A DNA stretch of 63,360 bases, from positions 3,320,484 through 3,383,843 of the forward strand of contig NC_069000.1 in the NCBI RefSeq assembly GCF_001194135.2, in the 5' to 3' direction. A program made the translations under genes and the position numbers. Of this stretch, positions 53,590 to 63,360 are shown one piece after another. The notes under the pieces were generated by a model. It was not told the origin of the DNA and made no database searches. It saw only the letters and a list, made by a program, of their open reading frames with translations. Within the stretch, counting starts at the first letter, position 1. Each line of letters begins with the position of its first letter. This stretch comes from Octopus bimaculoides. Lineage: Eukaryota.

Positions 53590-54469
53590 CGATGGGGTTC
53601 CACACAGTTTCCAGTTATCTCCAGCGAGAAAGACAAAACACATTGAATGGCTTCTTTATGGGTTCGAGTATGTACCAAGCATATTTGAACAGGATATAAC
53701 CATTCGTGCGCGCGCGTTGTTTCTCTCTCCGGCGCTTCACTACCACCTCTGATAATTTTTTACATCCACGTAGCGTAGCGATGCGGTTCAGCAAAATAAA
53801 ATTCATAAATTGTACTTCATATATGAGGCTCCGATGAAGGTATTAGGTGTTATTCACGTGCTCAACTCTGAGTCAACGGCATCTTTTAGCAGAAACAGCT
53901 ATAAGCTAATGAAGTTCATAAGATAATCATTTATTCTTTTGTTATCTCTATTATTTTACACTATGTAATCATAAATAATTTTGTATTATTTACGCTCTTA
54001 TTTATCCATTCCATATGCCTACTTCAGAATTTGATCACTAGGAAGAATACAGTATTTCGTTTCGCAAGGATAATATATTATCAACTACATTAAATGTGCT
54101 CCAGCATGACCGCAGCAGCATTGCTGAAACAAGTAAAAGAATAAATCAATAATTGTGCCTTACTTTTGTGTTAACAATGCCATATTCTCGTTTATAAAAT
54201 TATCTCTTACGTTTTTCTACACAAGTCAATGTTGACTCTGAACTGAAGAAATAAGCGTAAAAACTTCAAAATTAATATAAAACTATTTTCGAAAATTTAC
54301 AAAGGTCACAAATCTAAGTAGCGACTGGGAGGTGTATAGCTGATTAAATTACTCTTGGTAGGAAGAAAGGCAAATTTGACCAGGGTGGATGCGAAACCAC
54401 AAGGCAAAGAGTCGCTATTTATATTCAATATAAAACTGTAGTTTATATGCATGCGTCTGTAGAGTTATG

Positions 54470-54615
54470 GCGTAAACCACGGCAATATTTAAATGCCTCA
54501 CATAACGATCTGAATTCAAATCTCCAACCAAATAAAATTTGTTTTTCATCTTCCCAAGATCGATAATACTGTACCAACCAACTAAATAAATACTGGGGTT
54601 GATCTCATTCACGAT
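54470..54615 (+). mobile_element. SINE family B, degenerate
   Basis: GATCTGAATTCAAATC...TTTTTCATCTTCCCAAGATCGATAATA...AATACTGGGGTTGATCT. Confidence 0.6.
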
Positions 54616-54664
54616 CGATAATGACTTTTTGTATGCGATTTATAAAACGTATGGGTGAGTCTGC

Positions 54665-54703
<39 letters not shown>

Positions 54704-55869
54704 TGCGTGAGCCGTACACCCACACGCACTCTGTTGTATATGTGAACAAATGTTCAATGTGTTCTTCACGATTCTTTGAAAAAAAACGTTTTCTTGACGT
54801 GAAGATCTTTTAATCTAATCTCTCAGAATTGACCTACGTCTATATAACAACCTAAAAAAACACAACTACATTAACAATCACAACTTCAGACATAAAAATC
54901 TTACACTCCTCAGCTCTTGGAACGTTTCATCGTATGCTACTTAAGACTTTTAAGACAAGATTTTAACCGCAATATTGTCGCTGTGGAAACATTTTAGAAA
55001 GGAAAAGTCAAGTCATGACACGATTTCATTTGTTTTGTTATTTTTTTTCTTTGCCTTTAGGAAGCTTCATATTCTACATATGGAACAATTTTCCAATATG
55101 CTCGTTACCAGTTTTGAAAACAAGACGTGGAGGTCGTAGCTAGAAATCTTTTGATCAATGTTTCTTCTCTCTTTCGGAATTGATCTTTAGCTAAAGAACG
55201 AAAACAAACCGCTCTTCAAACATCGGAATTTTAGCGAAAATGTCATCGCTGCGGTAACATTTAAAGAATTAAAGCGAAATAATTGCGACCCGTCTTAAAA
55301 TTATTGCTTTTTCTATACTAATTGACATTGTTTATTTTTCATTTGAGTTCCAATAATATGTTTACTTCGATGCACAATTAAATTCAACGAAATATTGTGA
55401 AATTTTCCGCTGCATTTTTTTTTTCTTTGGAAGAGTGAAGAAGACACGTAACACAAATTTACGACACTCTACATGCATACATGCAAATTTGTGGCACTGT
55501 CAACAGAAATTAACGTTAATTAAGCAATCACTAAATGAAGCTGACATGGTCTCTTACACGATAAATGATTTCCTTTTTGTTTTGTTTTTAATTTACCGTT
55601 TCTCTGTTATTTATGTTGTTTGCGTGTGTATTTTCTACTCTAACACCGAATCAAAACAACTGCAGGCAAATACTGTTGTCGACAATTCTATATTGCTACT
55701 AATACAATTATTTATTTAAATTGTGACTGCAATTTATCAACGACCTCCTGATGTTACCGACATTACCAGTATATACTGAAATATTTACAAACTCAGCAAG
55801 ATTACTATGAAAAGAACAATGAAAACATTACTAATATTGGTACCATCATTGTTATTACTAATTGAACAA

Positions 55870-57465
55870 TAATAATCTTTCCTTCGAGGTCCACTGACTT
55901 TCGTGTTATCAGCGTCGATGAAATAACTACCACTCGAGAGTTGAGGTCAATATAATAGGCTAACTCTTTCCCCGAAATTTCAGACTTTGAGCTAGTAGGA
56001 AAGGATCCTCATTATTACTATTATTATTAAGGAAGCAACGCCTAGCAGAATTGTTAGCGTGTGGCAGAAATTACTTAGAGGAAATTCTTCCATCCATTTA
56101 CGTTTTAAATTCAAATTCCACCGACATCAACTTCAATTTCCTCGTTTCGCAGTCGATAACAACGTACTAGTTAATCTACGAGATCGATGTAATCGATTGA
56201 ACACGTCCCCTTTGATTTCCGGGCCTTGTGACAAAATATGAAGCTATATGAAAGGCGAGGAGCCGGCAGAATCGTTAGCGCGTGGAGAAAATGTTTAGAG
56301 CCATTTCTCCTGATTTTAAGTTCAGAGTTCAAACAGTGCTGAGGCCAAATTTGCCTTTGTTCATTTCTGGCTGGGGAATATAAGATACTATTCAGTTACC
56401 GGGCTCGATGCAATCGACTTAAATTCCTCCTAAAATTGCTGGTCTCCTGCCAAAATTTGAAACCATTATTATTATTATCCAGCTACGTCTCGCATGTCTT
56501 CCAGTATGTAGGTTCTTTGTTCTGAGATCATATATCAGAGGGGATAACTAACATTCATTTCTTAGGCGGGATTCTATATAACAAAGTATCTTTACAATAC
56601 TGACGTTGACGTATTCCTAGTATAATATTTCCCTTTACATGTCGCCAACTTATAATGTAAGAACTTTCAAATGTCGGGTTTCGTGATAGGTATTGCAAAA
56701 GTGAGAGATAAAGTCGCTGAATACCGAGAGCATTAATTGTCTTCACTTATGTCTCTTCTACACTTGGGATAAAGGTAAGTTACCCTACACATATACTCTA
56801 TTAAGGGCTTCAGTATCAAGTGATCTCTTACTGATTTTTAGGATAGCGTTCATTAATACACGTTCTGGTTCGAATCCAAACAGGATTAGTTTATATTTCC
56901 TCCTTCAGGGGCTTCTAAAGTAAATATCTTTAAAGTAGGGGTGATGAATGAATTCAATACAACAGGCTAGTTTCACAATATATCAAGTTAATAATTTCAT
57001 CGTTAGGCACAAGGCTAGAAATTATTATTGTCATGAAGGTAGGCTGGCAGAATGGTTAGCACGCTCGGCAAAATGCCTAGCGGCATTTCGTCCTTACTTA
57101 CGTTCTGAGTTCAAATTTCGCCGAGGTCAACTTCGCCTTTCATCATTTCAGGGTCGCAAAAAGAAGCACCAGTGAATACTGGGGTTAATATAATCGATTA
57201 ACCCCCTCCATTATCTCATACCTCGTACCAAAATAGAAAGTATCATTATGGTGAACTGACGGAACCGTTAGCAAACCGGAAAAAAAGCTTAGTGTCATTT
57301 AATCCGCTTTTACGTTCCGAGTGGAAAACGTGCTGAGATCGACTTTACTTTTCATCTTTTCGAGATCGATAGAATGAGTCCCAGTTAAATACTGGGGTGA
57401 ATGCAATCGATTAGCACCCTCATTCCAAAATTTCAGGCATCGTGTCTATAACAAACGATTATTAC
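55870..57465 (+). mobile_element. Head-to-tail array of about six family B SINEs separated by (ATT)n-like tails
   Basis: Copies start near 55870 (headless), 56030, 56252, 56770 (very decayed), 57035 and 57250; all are plus-strand. Confidence 0.8.
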
Positions 57466-58354
57466 TAAAACTTTTGCTTCTGGACAGATTAACGCTGAAG
57501 GATCCAGAAACACATTTATCCAATCTCTTCGTTGGTTTTTTTCTTTACTTCATTTTTAACACAAAGGTGAGATTGGGGTGTGATTTGGCTTGTGTACCTA
57601 GCAGGTCTACCGTTTCCATAGAAGCTTGTTGCCGGTTCCCTTCTGGCCAGGTCTGTCTCTCCTGAATCATCCAAATCCCACCTTCTGCATTTCTATAGTG
57701 CTAACTTATCCAACCATCCATATATTCTTTGTTTGTTTGTTTTTTTAATTTTAAACACTAAGGCGAAACTGGAGTATCATTTGGATGCTATGTCTAGCAG
57801 ATCCACCACCTTGATAAAAATCTCCGTCATTACCGTTTCGTGGTACGCTGCTTTATTTCCAGATGGTGAATTATTCTTAAGGTAATTTTAAAAACATTCA
57901 CTGAAGCTTTCCGAAGAACGATTATTCATAGAGACAGTTTCCGTGTTGAGAATGTTCAAGTTAAATTTAACAGAGTTTCCGATATAAATCCTTTTTCCTC
58001 GTAATTTACTCCCGCTTTTTTTCTTACCTTATTTTCTTTAACGTTTCTTTCTTTCTTTCTATCCTTTCCAACGACTATTTGGGGATTACCGTATATGGCG
58101 CATGCTAGATTAAGGATATCAGGTTAGCAAAAATGAAGATAATTAGGGATGACAGTATAAATCATGAAATAAATATTACCGAAAAACGTATTAATTTCTT
58201 TTATTTTCGGAGTTTTTGAGGTGAGGGGAATGGACGGCGGAGTACATCGCGTGATAATATCGAGTGTGTGTGTGTGTAATATAACGAATAAAAGAATAGG
58301 TTAATACATGAGAAAAAAACATGATTGCTAGTATTGCTATAAGATCAAGACAGG

Positions 58355-58356
<2 letters not shown>

Positions 58357-58398
<42 letters not shown>

Positions 58399-58665
58399 AA
58401 GAGAGAGATAGAGAGAGAAAGAGAGAGAGAGGGGTAGAGAGGTAGAGGGAGAGAGAGGTAGAGAGAGGTAGAGAGAGGCAGAAAGGTAGAGAGAGAGAGA
58501 GGTAGAGAGAGACAGAGAGGTAGGTAGGCACAGAGAGAGAGAGGTAGGTAGATAAAGAGAGAGGTGAAGAGATAGAGACGGGTAGATAGAGAGACGGGTA
58601 GATAGAGAGACGGGTAAACAGAGAGACAGACGGATAGATAGAGAGACAGACAGCGGGATGAGTAA
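58357..58665. repeat. (GA)n/(GAGAGAGGTA)n polypurine compound repeat
   Basis: Direct reading. Confidence 0.9.
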
Positions 58666-59406
58666 CTAGATATAGAAATGAAAGATAGGGTAAAAGACAA
58701 TTTAAAGAGGAGAGTTTAACATTTCACGACAAGCAAAACAAGCAAAACAAAAATTCAATGATGACTTCTATGGTTTCAATTCCTATGCAAATCCGTGGCA
58801 AAGTCTGCAGCTTGATAAGTTTCAGCAAGTGCTAGAACAGATCCTCTGAAATACATACAGACATTCATGATGAAAAGGAAAAACGGAAGAGAAAAAAGGA
58901 AAAAGAAAGGGAAGAAAGAAAGAGAAAGGTAGACACCTAGGCAAGCAGACAGGGTGACCAAAGCGATTCTGCATTCTGCTTAAAGTACCATCGTCTCCAT
59001 GTTGTTGTTGTTTTGCTACTGTTGTTGTTGCTGTTGTTGTCATTTTATCGCGCGTCGCCGCACTCGATTACCTGAAGCTTTAGAAAATGCTAGCAAACAG
59101 TTGAGCAACTCTCAGTCTGCTGCCAAACAAGACCAGCTTTTATTATATGTAACAAAGTCTAATCCAGTAACGCAATACTGCCAGCAGCCATGTTTCTCTC
59201 ATATATAAATAAACTTAAGAGTTCGTGTTTCGTAGACTCTCGATCTCAGGGGATTCCAGGAAGCAATGGAATAAAGGATTACCAAAGTCTAAAGTCATTA
59301 TTAACGCCATATTTATATCCCTTACTATTCATTCTTTCAAAATTATCTCTTAATTTTCTTTCTGATGGACTTTTTATTCTCAATGTGATATCAATTTGTG
59401 TGTGTG

Positions 59407-59468
<62 letters not shown>

Positions 59469-61619
59469 TGATATGCACACGTAAATATACACAAAGTGAG
59501 TGAGTGGGTAGATAGGCTGACAGATTATGGACTGCTGTGTACAGAATTAACTGGTTAAGAAAGCAACACATGCTAGCATACACACATGTACGCGGAAACA
59601 TGGCACGCAAATTTATATATGCACGTGTGTGAAGAGAGATGGAGAAGTATTTACATACAATGGAGAAATTATGATTAACCAGTTTACATCTCAATGTACG
59701 TTTTGCTACTGTTATTATTTACAGACTTTTCATTGGATGGTCCAAGTGCTATTCGAGGCTGATACTTTTTACTTTTTCCATATCTTTAAGCTTCATATTT
59801 ACTGCAAAAGCTTTGAAGGTGAAAATGAACAATAATTCCCTCAATCTAACGGAGGTGTGATAGCTACAAAGTAGCAAAGATTTTTATAGTCTTAATCCCG
59901 AAGCACTGAGGCAATTACTTTTTATGTAATAATCATCAGTTGAAAACAAAATCATATTTACCGTAAGTAAGTAAGACTTAAGGGAATGAACGAAGGGTTA
60001 TTTAAATAAAGATATCATGTCTTCCTTCGAGAATACAGAAGGATATCAGCAAATTGACCGCCTATATTTGGAATATAATGATAGGATAGTTGAAATCTTT
60101 ATCCACTGGAATATTCTAGAAAGATAAAAAGATATTTCCGGAAGCAGAATTTCGCAGCTTTGGTAATTTGGAAAATCTGACCTGAAGCCAAACAGCAATG
60201 AAGGATATATCAGATAATGTAACCCAAAATACATTACATATGGTCACGACTGGAACATAGATCGCCCGAGTAAGAGCTCATTTGTAACTAAATAACAACT
60301 AACAACATAAATACATGTATTCGACTAAACAAAGTTATATATACATGGCCGCTTGAGCTGTTCGAAATAGCCATCTTGTCTAAATCACATCATGCTGTTT
60401 AAAGTAGCATAATGGACATCGTAATTTAGCTACACAATGCCAGTAAAAATTGGGATTTAATAGTTAGAAATATCGTCGATCATAAGTGATGCACACTGTG
60501 ATCTGAGTTGGTGTTAAACAACATTTAGGATTATTTATATCCTAACACGAATGCACTTAACGGAATGCATGCAACAAACGAAAATTCTTAAATAATTTTT
60601 AAGAGATACTGCAACAATTCCTATACATAGAACGTAGAAATTCTTAGGATCACGAAATGGTAAAATACGAAAATAGAAGTAAAAAGAAATAATAATTTCA
60701 TATTTCGTATTGCAAAATCTGAACATTGAACCAAGAACAAATTAGTCGACAACTCGTATCCCTCTATGTATAATCTGTGAAATCTGAAACGAAACATTCT
60801 CCCCCTCCGACCACCACCACCACCAGGTAAATCAGTAGACTGTCTACGCTGCTCTCGCTCATTCACCACGCTTTCCTTTTCTTCATCTTAATTTCAATAG
60901 TTTTTACCTCAGGTCTCTTCCTCCCTCCTATGCTCATCTCACACAGCAATCTAACCAACTCAGTTATTCTGTGTCACTCTTCGCATAATACCAATATCCT
61001 TCCTACATTTCACCCAAAATCCGCATTTGTAAACTTCCATCCAAATCCACTACAATATTTTTATCTCTTCTCCTCATTCTCAGACAAAGTACGATTGGCC
61101 AAAACGTTAGATCCTACACTGAACATTAAATATATACATATATATCAATGGATATCTATACAACCGTTACCAATTTCTTCGGTTTCTGGAGTTTTCTTGG
61201 TGCAAAAAAAGTTTCATGTCAACACAGCCATATATTTCTCTCTGAATTTAAAGCCAACACGTTAAGTCAATAACTTAAGTTGCCAACTCGGAAGAATATT
61301 TTGTTTTTTTAAGTGTAAAAACAAAAACCTTGTTGACGCCACTTGTCAACTCTAGATACGCTTCACTGACAATGCTATCAACATTTAACTTGGAGCTCGA
61401 CCACATGTGTTCCACTAAGCAAGCATAGTCTTTGGCATAAGAAAATACAAAGAATGTGACGATATATGCATGTTACGTATACACACACTAATGCACAGCT
61501 ACACACATTCTATATATAGTGTGAATGTGTGTGCATGTATGTATGTATGTATGTATATGCGCGTGCATATACATAAAGACGCACGCATACCTCACACGTA
61601 TGAGAGAGAAATTCAGAGA

Positions 61620-61662
<43 letters not shown>

Positions 61663-62020
61663 NNNNNNNNNNNNNNNNNNNNNNNNNNNNNNNNNNNNNN
61701 NNNNNNNNNNNNNNNNNNNNNNNNNNNNNNNNNNNNNNNNNNNNNNNNNNNNNNNNNNNNNNNNNNNNNNNNNNNNNNNNNNNNNNNNNNNNNNNNNNNN
61801 NNNNNNNNNNNNNNNNNNNNNNNNNNNNNNNNNNNNNNNNNNNNNNNNNNNNNNNNNNNNNNNNNNNNNNNNNNNNNNNNNNNNNNNNNNNNNNNNNNNN
61901 NNNNNNNNNNNNNNNNNNNNNNNNNNNNNNNNNNNNNNNNNNNNNNNNNNNNNNNNNNNNNNNNNNNNNNNNNNNNNNNNNNNNNNNNNNNNNNNNNNNN
62001 NNNNNNNNNNNNNNNTATAT

Positions 62021-62170
62021 ATACGACGGGCTTCTTTCAGTATCCGTCTACGAAATCCTCTCAAGACTGGTTGGCTCGACACTATGGAAGACACTTGCCC
62101 AAGGTGTCATACACTGGAACTTATCCCGGAACCTTGTGGTTGTGAATCAAGCTTCTTACCACGCATCTAC
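62021..62170 (-). mobile_element. SINE family A head half
   Basis: ACGACGGGCTTCTTTCAGTATCCGTCTAC...GAAGACACTTGCCCAAGGTGTC...CCCGGAACC...AAGCTTCTTACCAC. Confidence 0.85.
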
Positions 62171-63360
62171 AGACTGATCCAGGTATTCTTGAATTCGGTT
62201 TGAAGTGGAGGAAGATGAAAGCATTCCATTCTATTTTCTTCGTTTTACTAATAAACACAAAAGATTCTAGCATTGGTATTATCATAAATAATAGTTCTTT
62301 TGCACATCGTCAACAACTGCCATTAAATGTTAGCAGCATTAAAGCATCAACATATTAGTAACAACCCACCATTGACAACAACTACAATGCGCCATCGACT
62401 CCGACAGCTAAAACTACGGAAAGAGCATTGCAAGAAAGTTTAGTCAAGTACAACTGACATTTAATAGACATCCAAGTTCAACAGTGAGCATTCAATAGAA
62501 AATGTTCGCTAATCGATAAACGAAATCCATTCAGCAATATATACAAAGAAGGAGATGCAACATTTTTGCTTGGTTGAAATGAGTGACGCTATAATACAAA
62601 AATCTTTGCAGCATCCGACATAAATGTCAAGAACTAATGTCAATGGGCAGACATTGAAACAAATCCCTCTTGGTAAATTTTCGGAATTTGACTTTCTGAC
62701 TCGCAATTCTTTCGGCAAGTCAAATAAAAAAAAAATGAGCCAAATTGGTAAGATGGATGTACACGCTTGCTTGACGTGTTAGAAATAGCAGCTAAATGTT
62801 CCAACAGAGAATCTTGGTCAACAGCGCAAATTTTAGCTATTTCTCCGCAGACTGAAGAAATGATCAACGTTAATCGATTCACGAACCTTATTGGGTTCTC
62901 ATCAGAGACGCCCACATCATTCTGACAGTCTCCAGAGAAACTAGCAGTCAAACTGTTTATATACACAAAGAATGCAGCAGTTACTCTACGAAGGAGATCT
63001 TAATTTGTATACCGAAATTGTTAAGAGGCCTGTTAACTGGGATCTTTGTCCACAAAGAATCAAGGAAGGTAGGTAGGTTGATGGGTACTCAGACAGGCTA
63101 GCAGACGGACAGAATTTTGCAACGTGAGACACAGGTACTAACGCGCACGTGTACTCCCACGAGTGCGAATATAACGGTACGAATTCCTGAGCAACGTAGA
63201 TGTGGTGGAAATTTCCCATGCTCTTTATATTTAATTTCGATGGTTTATTGTTTATATAAACACAGAATTAATTACAAATATACCTACGGTAGTTGAAACA
63301 TTTTTCGGATTGCTACACACACGCTGATAAGCAAAACCAGTTGTTCATTTCAACCTTCAT

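Noticed and set aside
58705-58848. Plus-strand frame ...FNDDFYGFNSYANPWQSLQLDKFQQVLEQIL*
   Set aside because: Looks protein-like, but has no ATG and no acceptor upstream.

Overview
Eukaryotic, AT-rich, extremely microsatellite-rich genomic DNA with 12 N-gaps, nearly all flanked by (CA)n, (TA)n or (GA)n tracts, as expected of a short-read scaffold. The repeat landscape (two abundant tRNA-derived SINE families, RTE-like LINE ends, a TTAA MITE, Penelope-type motifs) resembles an octopus/cephalopod genome; this is my inference. I cannot support any intact protein-coding gene. Nearly all ORFs in the supplied track are translations of microsatellites or gaps, so the window looks intergenic or intronic. 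Best signals: (1) a nearly complete type I hammerhead-ribozyme fold at 51862-51901, plus three degenerate hammerhead-like cores; (2) two homologous LINE 3' ends whose reading frame encodes tandem C2H2 zinc fingers (7266-7438 minus, 47645-47995 plus); (3) a ~137-nt near-perfect fold-back at 20728-20864; (4) a head-to-tail stack of about six same-family SINEs at 55870-57465 and an inverted SINE dimer at 50597-50742; (5) piggyBac-like, Tc2/pogo-like and Helentron/DINE-1-like non-autonomous elements; (6) a few unverified candidate exons. Repeat boundaries were placed by eye and are approximate (about +/-10-20 nt).
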